NCBI GenBank assembly: GCA_004525685.1
Contig: SPBW01000001.1
Span: forward strand, 1-48,472
Direction: 5' to 3'
Origin: Candidatus Atribacteria bacterium
Lineage (GTDB): Bacteria; Bipolaricaulota; Bipolaricaulia; UBA7950; UBA9294
DNA length: 48,472 bases
Both the position numbers and the translations under genes were made by a program. This document shows positions 27,192 to 36,061 of the stretch, one piece after another. Each line of letters begins with the position of its first letter. The first letter of the stretch is position 1. Under the pieces are notes generated by a model that ran no database searches, was not told the origin of the DNA, and saw nothing but the letters and a program-made list of their open reading frames with translations.

Positions 27192-27257
27192 CCAAGCAGG
27201 TCCAAAGGCAGAACAATTGCGTAGTGGTATGAGAAAAGAAGTCGGAGGGACTGACGA

Positions 27258-27947
27258 ATGCGAGCAGCAAGCATCCTAATTTGCGAGGATGATGCGAGGA
27301 TCGTCGAGCTTCTGAATGATGAGTTCCGACGCAGTGGCTATCGAGTGAAGACTGCGCGCACCATGGAAGAAGCCAAGGCGATGCTAGCTACCTGGGAACC
27401 AGACCTCATTCTCTTGGATATTATCCTTCCTGAATCCAATGAAGGCGGATTGAACTTGCTGGCATTCATCCGGGCAAGAAGTTCTGTGCCTGTGATCCTT
27501 GTTTCTGCCCTAAGTCGAGCCGATGACCGTGTGCGGGGCCTTCGTGCTGGCGCCGACGATTTCATTTCTAAGCCATTCCATCTAGAGGAGGTTCTGGCAC
27601 GGGTTGAGGCTGTTCTTCGACGAACTCAGCCAGCGATCAAGGAACTGCAGTTGTCGATCGACGATTTGCGAAAGCAGGTCAATATTGGAGGTCGGACGAT
27701 CTCGCTGTCTCCCAAAGAGTACAAGCTGCTTAAGCTTCTTGCCTCATCTCCTGGACGTGTATTCCCGACGAAAGAGATCCTAGACGAACTCTGGAAGCCG
27801 AAGCCGGACGCAGTAGGAAGAAACTACGCGAACGGGCAAGACGTACAGAAATACGTGTACTTGCTTCGCAAGAAGATCGAAGTCGATCCTGAGAAGCCAG
27901 AACTTGTGATTACAGTGCGAGGATTTGGCTATCGCCTGGGTGTCTGA
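27258..27947 (+). CDS. OmpR/PhoB-family response regulator (receiver + winged helix)
   Basis: ILICEDD, DLILLDIILP (phospho-acceptor Asp context), SALS, KPF, and C-terminal LSPKEYKLLKLL...VRGFGYRL. SD GGAGGG. Confidence 0.9.
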   Translation: MRAASILICEDDARIVELLNDEFRRSGYRVKTARTMEEAKAMLATWEPDLILLDIILPESNEGGLNLLAFIRARSSVPVILVSALSRADDRVRGLRAGADDFISKPFHLEEVLARVEAVLRRTQPAIKELQLSIDDLRKQVNIGGRTISLSPKEYKLLKLLASSPGRVFPTKEILDELWKPKPDAVGRNYANGQDVQKYVYLLRKKIEVDPEKPELVITVRGFGYRLGV

Positions 27948-27972
27948 TGTCTGAGCATCTGCTGGGAGACAT

Positions 27973-29013
27973 CTAAATATCTCGAATATCCAAGTAGAAT
28001 GGACGCTCTGGCAATTCATTCCCGCACAATGGCAGCATCATGGTGTTGTAGTGCAAGATTTGCTCGGGGAAGAATCGAGGAAGCTTTGCGAGCGGATCGT
28101 CGGTATAGGTGAACAATGTCAGGATATCTATACCATCGGCATACGCCATCCTGCGCAATTGCTGGATGAGTTCCTTGAGCAGCGCGACGCCTCTTCTCCC
28201 CTGACAAATTGAATCGAACAGCTGCAAGTACGTCATTTGCTCGCCAACGCGTGGTATGCGAGGCACAGGGACAGCCGCAGAAAGTGGGTTGAAGACGCCG
28301 GCTAGTACGCGCAGCGACAGCGGCATCCGCAAGACGCGGCCTCTGTAGATACTGGACAGATCCCAGGCACTGACTTGAGCCATGGAATCACCGCGCTCAA
28401 TGCGGAAAATACCGCGTAGATATCCCAGCTCGGCACCGCGCTCATAGGGGGTGCTGAAGTCGCATGGCTTGAGGTTTCTCGTTCCAACCAGAGAGCTGAT
28501 CTTCTCCACTTCATCGGCAAGAGAGCCCAGATGTGGATCGAGTTCCGGCGGGCGTCCTTGGAGCGACGGCAGAGAGAGAATATCGAACGTCGAGATAGGC
28601 TGTGCGCCGACCTTGGTCGAGACGTTCATGGAGTCGATATTGTCTGCCTTAACATGCCCGTAGATGAACGATGCTCCAGCATCCTCCATCCCCTCCAACG
28701 CTGTGCGCCAGAGACGAAACAGGCCTCGCTTCATGCTGCGCCGATACGTGGCCTCGCCGCGCAAGTCGTAGAAGTAGGCGGCACGCTTCGTCTCGCCGTC
28801 GACGAGGATGTCCTTGATCGCATAGGCCATGATCCCGACAAGCTTGCCGTGCTCCTCTGCAATGAGCACTTTGCTTCTGTCATGCAGCTGTGAGCGATAG
28901 AAGTAGTCATCTCTGTCAATGATGATAGAGATACCTGTCCCTTGGGGGCTTTGGCCTTCGAGATGCAGCAGTGCATCGTTGTCATCCTGAGTCGCCTCGC
29001 GAATGCGGAACAT
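27973..29013 (-). CDS. GNAT-family N-acetyltransferase with about 190-aa uncharacterised C-terminal domain
   Basis: IREATQDDNDALLHL...LVGIMAYA...RRSMKRGLFRLW resembles a GNAT core over the first ~150 aa. The rest is unrecognised. SD AAAGGA; starts 11 nt after the upstream LTD/PKD gene stop. Confidence 0.7.
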   Translation of the reverse strand: MFRIREATQDDNDALLHLEGQSPQGTGISIIIDRDDYFYRSQLHDRSKVLIAEEHGKLVGIMAYAIKDILVDGETKRAAYFYDLRGEATYRRSMKRGLFRLWRTALEGMEDAGASFIYGHVKADNIDSMNVSTKVGAQPISTFDILSLPSLQGRPPELDPHLGSLADEVEKISSLVGTRNLKPCDFSTPYERGAELGYLRGIFRIERGDSMAQVSAWDLSSIYRGRVLRMPLSLRVLAGVFNPLSAAVPVPRIPRVGEQMTYLQLFDSICQGRRGVALLKELIQQLRRMAYADGIDILTLFTYTDDPLAKLPRFFPEQILHYNTMMLPLCGNELPERPFYLDIRDI

Positions 29014-29024
29014 TTCCGTCCTTT

Positions 29025-31529
29025 CTAGTTGCCGATGAGGATCGTTTTCTCAGTGCTAGACATCGCCCCGTGCTCATCGATCACAACAAGAGTAACGTTA
29101 TACCTTCCCGGCGCGGAATAACAGTGCTCGGGTGACCATCGGTCTGAATCTGAGCACTCAGCTGAGTTGCCAGGACAGGTTGTCCCATCCCCAAAACTCC
29201 AAGCCATGTGAACGATTTCCCCTTGCGGACTTGGATCGTAGGAGCCGGCTGCATTGAAACGTACGCCGCTCAGTCCACAGGCCGATCCCTGGACGACGCT
29301 GAATTGGGCCACTGGTGAAGCATTGCTGACAGGGATCGTGACTGCGAGCGGCTGAGATGATGCGCCATCGTCATCTCGAACCGTGACCGAGATCTCGTAG
29401 GAGCCATGATCCGAGAAGACGGCTGAAAACTCTTCTGCAGACCCTCTCGCGCCAGTGTCGAGAGCCCATGTCCATCCTGTGATCTCGCCATCCGGATCGG
29501 ATGCACGAACAGTGAAGACGACTTCGTCACCATCGAGGGGGGCACCAGGCTCCCAGGTGATCTGCGAAATCACGGGCGCTCGATTGGTCACTGTGATCAC
29601 CAGTGGCGCGGAGACCGCACTTGCTCCGTCGGTATCCGTTACGCGTACACGGATTGCTACCTGGCCATCGTCTTGGAATGCATGGGTCAAGGTTGGCGAC
29701 GACGTGGAGAGATCGAAGACACCGGCCTCGCCGAGGCTCCACTCATATTGGGTCAGAGCGCCCTTCGGGCTTGGATCCGATGAAGTCGATGCGTCGAAGG
29801 AGAATCTGGTGCCAGTCGGAAGCGTCGTTGCACTTGCGCTCAGAACTGCCACGGGCTCTAGGTTCCCGACATGGAGAATCGCTGCGGCCGTAGCTTCCGC
29901 TCCCAACTCATCGCTTACAGACAAGGTAACATTCATCGGGCCGCTTTGCTGATAGATGTGACTAGGTGACCGTTCATTGGACAGGGTCCCATCTCCGAAA
30001 TCCCAAGCCCAATCGGCCATGGATCCTCCGACGTCAGTTGACAGATCTGTGAACGTGACAGATTCAAGTTCGAGGGGCTCGAAGTTGGAGATCTGGAACG
30101 CGACGACAGGCGCAGGATTGACATTCAGGGTGGCTTCTCGGAAGGCAATCTGAGATTGGTCGTCGACGACCTGAACGCGCACGACGAAACAGCCGCCCGA
30201 GTCATAGGCGTGGTCGACAATGGCATCCGGCCCCTCGGTATCAAACAGACCGTCCCCGTCGAAGTCCCAGTGATAGGAAGCGATCTGACCATCTGGATCG
30301 AACGATTCGCTGGCATCGAAACGTATTGTCTCGCCCTGGTTCGGGCGTTCAGAAGAGAAGGAAACGATGGCCACAGGCAGTTGACTCAAGATTGATAGGG
30401 ATCTGGTCTGAACACCCACTTCACCTTGCGTGTCTGTGACGCGAAGGCCGACGATCACCTCGCCGTAGGCAGTATAAGAATGACAGACAATTTGACCAGA
30501 TGCCTCTGCTCCATCGCCGAATTGCCATTTCCAGGCAGCCAGCTCGGAGTCATGGTCACTGGACTCATCTTGGAACGTGATGGGATCTCCGACTCGCAGG
30601 ATCGTCTCATCCTGCTTGAGCACAAGGCTGAAGTCGGCGACTGGTGGTGTCGTTAGGGCCACGAGAACCTGATGAACCCACGTCGTCTGCCCGCCCTTTG
30701 AATCCGTGAGTGTCAGTGTGATTGTGTAGGATCCTCGTTCAGGAAACGTGTGCATGACGATGGAGCCAGATGCCGCTACTCCGTCCCCGAAATCCCAGGC
30801 ATAGGATTCAATAGGATCATTGAAGTCGCGGGAGCCTTCCGCATTGAATTGAGCAGGCATGCCCGGATGAGGAATGGTGGGGGTAATGACGACGTTGACT
30901 TCGGGGAGCACATTGTATGCGGAGTTCTCCATCTTCGGTGTCCCGTAGAAAGAGCCGCTGGAGTCCTCAGGATAGGCGGCCGTACAACTGGCCCAATTGG
31001 CAGGCTCATCTGCGACCTGGAACTGGACTCGCTCCATCGACGCAAACGACGGTACTCCCCGATCATCGCTCCCGGCTGGCCACGAAAGGCTCTCATCGTC
31101 GAGCAGAGGGGCATTGGCCGTGTCGATGACGCGACCTTCGCTGTCGATGAGGACGAGCGCTTCGCCTCGATTCGTCAAGGCTCCCTGATATGTGAGATCA
31201 GCGTCGACGCCAGGGGCACTGTCATCTGAATCGCGCTCAAGGAGGAAATAGCCTGAAGCGATGTCGTCGCTTGAGTGAGGTTGGATGATGCCCTTCAGGA
31301 GGATATTGGGTGCACCATCTGATGAGCGCAGTTGCCATCCTTGAAGATCCAGCGGAGTATCTGTCGTGTTGAACAGCTCGATCCATTCGGCTGTCGGATC
31401 TTGAGCAGACCCGGCCCAACATATCTCGTTGATGACGACGGATCCCTGAGGATCATCTGGTGCCAGCATGGGAACGGTGGCAAGCACGAGGATGATTGCA
31501 GAGATCCATGGTATGGCACGCCTTCGCAT
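29025..31529 (-). CDS. secreted protein: lamin-tail domain (LTD) followed by about 7-8 PKD repeats
   Basis: Signal peptide MRRRAIPWISAIILVLATVPMLA. LTD signature VVINEICWAG...EWIELFN...LQGWQL. Recurrent PKD cores: WDFGDG, WQFGDG, WDFDGDG, WDFGDG, WSFGDG. ATG 31529 preceded by AAGGAG. Confidence 0.85.
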   Translation of the reverse strand: MRRRAIPWISAIILVLATVPMLAPDDPQGSVVINEICWAGSAQDPTAEWIELFNTTDTPLDLQGWQLRSSDGAPNILLKGIIQPHSSDDIASGYFLLERDSDDSAPGVDADLTYQGALTNRGEALVLIDSEGRVIDTANAPLLDDESLSWPAGSDDRGVPSFASMERVQFQVADEPANWASCTAAYPEDSSGSFYGTPKMENSAYNVLPEVNVVITPTIPHPGMPAQFNAEGSRDFNDPIESYAWDFGDGVAASGSIVMHTFPERGSYTITLTLTDSKGGQTTWVHQVLVALTTPPVADFSLVLKQDETILRVGDPITFQDESSDHDSELAAWKWQFGDGAEASGQIVCHSYTAYGEVIVGLRVTDTQGEVGVQTRSLSILSQLPVAIVSFSSERPNQGETIRFDASESFDPDGQIASYHWDFDGDGLFDTEGPDAIVDHAYDSGGCFVVRVQVVDDQSQIAFREATLNVNPAPVVAFQISNFEPLELESVTFTDLSTDVGGSMADWAWDFGDGTLSNERSPSHIYQQSGPMNVTLSVSDELGAEATAAAILHVGNLEPVAVLSASATTLPTGTRFSFDASTSSDPSPKGALTQYEWSLGEAGVFDLSTSSPTLTHAFQDDGQVAIRVRVTDTDGASAVSAPLVITVTNRAPVISQITWEPGAPLDGDEVVFTVRASDPDGEITGWTWALDTGARGSAEEFSAVFSDHGSYEISVTVRDDDGASSQPLAVTIPVSNASPVAQFSVVQGSACGLSGVRFNAAGSYDPSPQGEIVHMAWSFGDGTTCPGNSAECSDSDRWSPEHCYSAPGRYNVTLVVIDEHGAMSSTEKTILIGN

Positions 31530-31621
31530 AGCTACTCCTTCGCTCAGATGACACACGCGTTCCTGATGCTAGCGTAGCACAATCAAGCGAAAGGGCAAAG
31601 CGCGATTGACGGGCCAAGAAC

Positions 31622-32599
31622 TCAGCTTTGCCTCGCCTGATCCTTGCGAACTTGATCCTTCTCGTAGGCCTCAATGATTCGTGCAACGAGGTTGTGGCGT
31701 ACGACATCATCCTTGTCGAGCCAATTGAATGAGATGCCGGGTATGTCAGCGAGGATGTGCTGAACTGCGATGAGGCCTGATTCGCGATTCTCCAGGTCCA
31801 CTTGTGTGACATCCCCCGTAATAACGGCTTTGGAGTGAAACCCCAATCTCGTCAGAAACATCTTCATCTGCATGGACGTCGTGTTCTGGGCCTCATCGAG
31901 AATCACGAAGCAGTTGTTCAGGGTTCGTCCACGCATGAATGCCAGTGGGGCCATCTCGATGCGGCCATGCTCAACAAGTTTCTCGAACTCGGGCACAGGG
32001 ATCATGTCATAGATGGCGTCATAGAGTGGGCGCAGGTAGGGGCTCACCTTGGCCTGTATGTCGCCAGGTAGGAAGCCCAGCTCCTCGCCGGCCTCAACAG
32101 CTGGACGTGTCAGAATGATGCGTTTGACCTTCTCCTTCTTGAGGTAGTCGATGGCCATCGCTACGGCAAGATAGGTCTTGCCTGTCCCCGCAGGTCCAAT
32201 GGAGAAGGTGATATCATTCTCACCCACGGCTTGGACGTAGCGAGCCTGACCAACGGTCTTGGCTCTGATCTCTTCGCCCCAGTGGGTCAGCCGAACGACA
32301 TCTGATAGCACGCTGTCTACGCCGACACCGGCCTTGATTTGGGAAATCAAGTAGCGGACGTCATTGGCTGACGGGTAGTGCTTCTTCTCTACCAAGTCCA
32401 TGAGCTTCTCGAACAAGGAGCGAACAAGCTCAACTTCGGCTGCTTCGCCTTCGATGCGGATGGTCTCTCCTCGAGCAATGATCTGAGCAGAAAACGCCGT
32501 CTCGATTTCCTTGAGATTCTTGTTGAATTGCCCGAACAGGGCAGTCGCTTCCGTATCGTCTCGTAACGTCATCTCAACGTGCATCGATTCGATGATCAT
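31622..32599 (-). CDS. phoH: PhoH-like ATPase (PhoH/YbeZ family)
   Basis: LFGQFNKNLKEIE, Walker A GPAGTGKTYLAVA, ILDEAQN, VITGDVTQVDL. The start is ambiguous: ATG 32599, 32584 or 32572 (the last lies 1 nt after the upstream stop). Confidence 0.9.
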   Translation of the reverse strand: MIIESMHVEMTLRDDTEATALFGQFNKNLKEIETAFSAQIIARGETIRIEGEAAEVELVRSLFEKLMDLVEKKHYPSANDVRYLISQIKAGVGVDSVLSDVVRLTHWGEEIRAKTVGQARYVQAVGENDITFSIGPAGTGKTYLAVAMAIDYLKKEKVKRIILTRPAVEAGEELGFLPGDIQAKVSPYLRPLYDAIYDMIPVPEFEKLVEHGRIEMAPLAFMRGRTLNNCFVILDEAQNTTSMQMKMFLTRLGFHSKAVITGDVTQVDLENRESGLIAVQHILADIPGISFNWLDKDDVVRHNLVARIIEAYEKDQVRKDQARQS

Positions 32600-33878
32600 C
32601 CACTCCTTCCAGCACTGTGCCCATTCTGCCGGTCAGGCGAACAGGGAGTATAGAGCCAATCCGAATTTGTCGGTCTGAGGAAAATTCCACGTAAAGGTAG
32701 TCGTGCGTGTAGCCGCGCCAAAGATGACCAAGACCCTCTTCGACAAGGACATGTTGTGTCGAACCGATACGGTTGTCAAGTGATCTCCCAAGGGCCATCT
32801 GCCAATGGGATAGGAGGGCCTCTGATCGATGGCGTTTCACTTCTGATGAGACTTGGCTGGGGAAGCCGGCGGCCAGCGTTCCCCGACGAGGTGAATACCG
32901 AAAGACATGAAGATTGGTGAAGCCGACGGTCTCCACAATCTGACACGTACGACCAAATGCCTCTTCATCTTCATCGGGAAATCCGACGATGATGTCCGTT
33001 CCAAACGTTGCATGGGGAATGCGAGTTCGAACACGTGCGATGGTATCGAGATAGGCTGGCGCGTCGTAGCCTCGCTTCATGGCCGCAAGCACGCGGCTGT
33101 CGCCGCTCTGCAGCGGAATGTGGAAATGCGGACTGATGACCTCGCGAGCCTCGCACACAGAAACGAGATCGTCGGTTACTCCCGACGGATTGATGGATGC
33201 CAGCCGAAGACGAAGAAGGCCATCCAGTGAAGAGACCTCGTTCAGTACATCACTCAAGTGGCCCCGCGGTGGGGCATATTGCGCAAGATCAATACCTGTG
33301 AGCACGATCTCTGGATAGCCCGCAGCCACGAGTCTCGTAGCCTCGTCGACGACGGCTTCAATGGGTTTGGAGCGAGGTGCCCCGCGAACTTGAGTGGTCC
33401 GACAATATGTGCAGGCGCGCCCACAGCCGTCCTGGATCTTGAGAAAGGCGCGGATTCTTGCACTCGGCCCCGGACTTCGCTCTTTGGACAGGGGCCCCGC
33501 GGGCATGGGAGAGAGCGCGCCACATGCACCAGTCAGCGCCTGTTCCACGACCTGGTCAATTCGTGGCTTCCAGCTGTTGCCTGCCAGGAGATCTGCATCT
33601 GGAAACTGTGTTGTCCCCTGCTCGACGGCATCAGCCAGGCAGCCAATGACGGCAATGCGGGCCTTCGGATACAGGCGGCGCACTCGCCGTGCTGCTTGCC
33701 GTGCCTTGCGTTCGGCAAGGGCAGTGACAGTACAGGCGTTGAGAATGACGACGTCGGGGTCTTCGTCTGTTAGCTCAAAGGTCGATGTGAGATGGCTTCG
33801 CATCACGTCCGAATCATATTGGTTGACACGACATCCAAACGTCTGGATGGACACGCGAATGCGAGAAGAATCACTCAT
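32574..33878 (-). CDS. MiaB/MtaB-family radical SAM methylthiotransferase
   Basis: UPF0004 domain IQTFGCRVNQYDS...LNACTVT...GC, radical SAM CGRACTYC, and a C-terminal TRAM-like region. ATG 33878 overlaps the end of the AMMECR1 gene. Confidence 0.85.
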   Translation of the reverse strand: MSDSSRIRVSIQTFGCRVNQYDSDVMRSHLTSTFELTDEDPDVVILNACTVTALAERKARQAARRVRRLYPKARIAVIGCLADAVEQGTTQFPDADLLAGNSWKPRIDQVVEQALTGACGALSPMPAGPLSKERSPGPSARIRAFLKIQDGCGRACTYCRTTQVRGAPRSKPIEAVVDEATRLVAAGYPEIVLTGIDLAQYAPPRGHLSDVLNEVSSLDGLLRLRLASINPSGVTDDLVSVCEAREVISPHFHIPLQSGDSRVLAAMKRGYDAPAYLDTIARVRTRIPHATFGTDIIVGFPDEDEEAFGRTCQIVETVGFTNLHVFRYSPRRGTLAAGFPSQVSSEVKRHRSEALLSHWQMALGRSLDNRIGSTQHVLVEEGLGHLWRGYTHDYLYVEFSSDRQIRIGSILPVRLTGRMGTVLEGVDDHRIDAR

Positions 33879-34401
33879 GCCGTTTGACCATGAATCGCGA
33901 CAAGCTGACCTGCTGATCGGCGCGGATTCCTGCTTTGCGCTTGGCAATGTCGATCTGCTCAGCCACAGTCTCTACGCCTTCCAGATCGGGCAACAGCAAT
34001 CCTCGACGCCAGCCATGCTGGACGACTACCCCGTAGACAGAAGGATCAAGCTGGCTCTCTTCGCAGGGCTCAGGTAGCGTCAGGATATCGACGGAGATTG
34101 CCAGATCGGCCAGCTCTGACGCATCGATAGGCGGGAAACGTGGATCTTGCGATGCAGATTGAATGGCATTGGCGATGATCTCATGAGCAAGAGATGCTTG
34201 GCTGGGGAGAAAGGTCCCCATGCATCCTCGAAGTTGCCCGTGCTTCTTGATGGAGACGAAGACGCCTGCCCGCGGCTTCATGATTTCAGGAAGGGGATCA
34301 GGAGCATCCAGGGTTCGTCCCGATGTCACGAACCCATGTACCGCCTCGTGAGCTAGATCAACAAGAGGGCTCGCGCCTCTGGACTTAGACATTCGACTCA
34401 T
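33871..34401 (-). CDS. AMMECR1 domain protein
   Basis: LRGCMGTF...ASQDPRFPPI...SVDILTLPE is the AMMECR1 signature. Start set at ATG 34401; the track TTG at 34410 would sit immediately after the putative -10, upstream of the likely TSS. Confidence 0.8.
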   Translation of the reverse strand: MSRMSKSRGASPLVDLAHEAVHGFVTSGRTLDAPDPLPEIMKPRAGVFVSIKKHGQLRGCMGTFLPSQASLAHEIIANAIQSASQDPRFPPIDASELADLAISVDILTLPEPCEESQLDPSVYGVVVQHGWRRGLLLPDLEGVETVAEQIDIAKRKAGIRADQQVSLSRFMVKRHE

Positions 34402-34410
34402 GGTGAGCAA

Positions 34411-34438
34411 AGGATACTCATGCGCCTTGGTCCGTCAA
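34411..34438 (-). promoter_or_regulatory. candidate promoter for the AMMECR1-mtaB-phoH string (near-leaderless)
   Basis: On the minus strand: TTGACG, 16 nt, TATCCT, 9 nt, then ATG 34401. No SD. Hexamer match only. Confidence 0.35.
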
Positions 34439-34472
34439 TGCGCAGGGATTACGCAAAGGACCTGTGATGTTG

Positions 34473-34501
34473 TTGACATTCTTCGACGCCTGTGATAGCG
34501 T
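34473..34501 (+). promoter_or_regulatory. candidate extended -10 promoter for the LCP gene
   Basis: TTGACA (34473-34478), 17-nt spacer ending in TG-A, then TAGCGT (34496-34501). ATG 34516 follows a G-run. Confidence 0.4.
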
Positions 34502-34515
34502 CGGACGTAGGGGGG

Positions 34516-35691
34516 ATGATGAGGGGAAACAAGGTCCGAAAACAGGTTCTCGTCTATGCGGGTGTTGCACTGGTTCTGGCGGCGGCAATTGCCACGTGGT
34601 TCGTGCTGTCGCAACGAGGCACTGATCAGCTCTTCGGGCAAGGGGAGCGAGCCAACATACTTCTGATAGGGCACGATGTCGTCCAGGGCATTGACTCCTT
34701 GACTCTTCTTAGCTTCTCTGCGAGCGACGCCGTGTTGTTCTCATTCCCGATCGATGTGCGATTGCGGGACACTGCGGGTGATTTTGCGCCAGCAGCTGAG
34801 CTGATGTTGTCTGCGGGGGCGGGTGAAGCCGCCGAGGCCATCGGAGCGCTTATCGGAGTGGATATCCCGTTTTACGTCTCGTTTGAACGAAATCACCTTG
34901 AAACATGGGTTGAGGCATTGGGCGGAATCGAGGTTGCGCTGAGCGCCTCAGCGATCTATTTGGACTCGATGGCCGATCCAGCCATCAGAATAGAGTTGCG
35001 TCCTGGCGAACACTTACTTGATGGCGTGGGCGCGGTCGCATTTGCCACCTCTGTATCAGAGAATGGGGACATCGGACGGCTAACCCGTCAACAAGTCCTC
35101 TTCCGCAGTCTCATCCATCAAGGTATCGCCGCATTGGGCCTGCGCTCGGTGCGAACCGCAGTTCGCGACATCTCGCCTCCGCTCGAAACCAATCTCTCGA
35201 AAGCCGCTCTCTTGCAGGCAGTCGGAGTCCTGCATGAGATCCCCGCAGCGAGCTTGCGAGCGGATCACTTGGTGGGAGAGATTGTGGAGATTGACGGCGT
35301 GACATACACTCAGCCCAATGTGGTGGAAACAGAACGTCTCGTCGCGGCTCTGTTGAAGGGACTCGAACTACTCACCCCCGGAGACGTGAAGATCATGGTG
35401 TTCAATGGGAATGGCATCCGCTCCATGGCGGCCACTACAGCTGACTACCTGCGCGCACGAGGTTTTCAGGTAACAGGCATCGCCAATGCCGACACGTTTG
35501 AGTATGATACGAGCTACGTCATCGTGCTCTCTGACGAATCGAAGGCATGGGTGCTGCGAGACGCGCTTCTAAGCGATGTGCGGATTGTCTTCCCAGATAC
35601 ATTCTCGTCTCACTACGAGGCGCTACGAGATTCCATTCCCGCGGGGACGGATATTGCGCTCATCGCGGGAGCAGGATTGGAGATTGAGTGA
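34516..35691 (+). CDS. LytR-CpsA-Psr (LCP) family protein with LytR_C domain
   Basis: TM anchor; ANILLIGHD...DSLTLLS, ALGGIEV, LLDGVGAVAFA (LCP core). C-terminal VKIMVFNGNGIRSMAATTADYLRARGFQV (LytR_C). Confidence 0.8.
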   Translation: MMRGNKVRKQVLVYAGVALVLAAAIATWFVLSQRGTDQLFGQGERANILLIGHDVVQGIDSLTLLSFSASDAVLFSFPIDVRLRDTAGDFAPAAELMLSAGAGEAAEAIGALIGVDIPFYVSFERNHLETWVEALGGIEVALSASAIYLDSMADPAIRIELRPGEHLLDGVGAVAFATSVSENGDIGRLTRQQVLFRSLIHQGIAALGLRSVRTAVRDISPPLETNLSKAALLQAVGVLHEIPAASLRADHLVGEIVEIDGVTYTQPNVVETERLVAALLKGLELLTPGDVKIMVFNGNGIRSMAATTADYLRARGFQVTGIANADTFEYDTSYVIVLSDESKAWVLRDALLSDVRIVFPDTFSSHYEALRDSIPAGTDIALIAGAGLEIE

Positions 35692-36029
35692 ACGAAGAAA
35701 CAGCATTGGTTCGCAAGGCGATTGAGATTCTAGAGGACAGAAAAGGCGAGAACGTCGTCGTTATCGACCTGTCTGATGTGTCGATTCCGACGAGCTATTT
35801 TGTCATTGGCGAGGCTGACAACTCTGTGCACATGAAGGCCATTGCCTCGCATTTCATGAAGAGCTTTCCCATCAAAACGCGAGGTCGCGAAGGATTGGGC
35901 GAGCGACGATGGGTGGTCATGGACTATGGCGACATCATTGTGCATATCTTCCACAAGGATGCGCGTGCGTTCTATGACCTTGAGTCCCTGTGGGCCGATC
36001 ACATCGTGTCACGAGACGCGCTTCCTTGA
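35688..36029 (+). CDS. rsfS: ribosome silencing factor RsfS (iojap)
   Basis: DLSDVSIPTSYFVIGEADNSVHMKAIA and WVVMDYGDIIVHIFHKDARAFYDLESLW are consensus RsfS motifs. GTG start in a GTGA overlap with the LCP stop. Confidence 0.9.
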   Translation: MNEETALVRKAIEILEDRKGENVVVIDLSDVSIPTSYFVIGEADNSVHMKAIASHFMKSFPIKTRGREGLGERRWVVMDYGDIIVHIFHKDARAFYDLESLWADHIVSRDALP

Positions 36030-36061
36030 AGAGCGCAAACACGTAGGGCAGAAACCTCATT

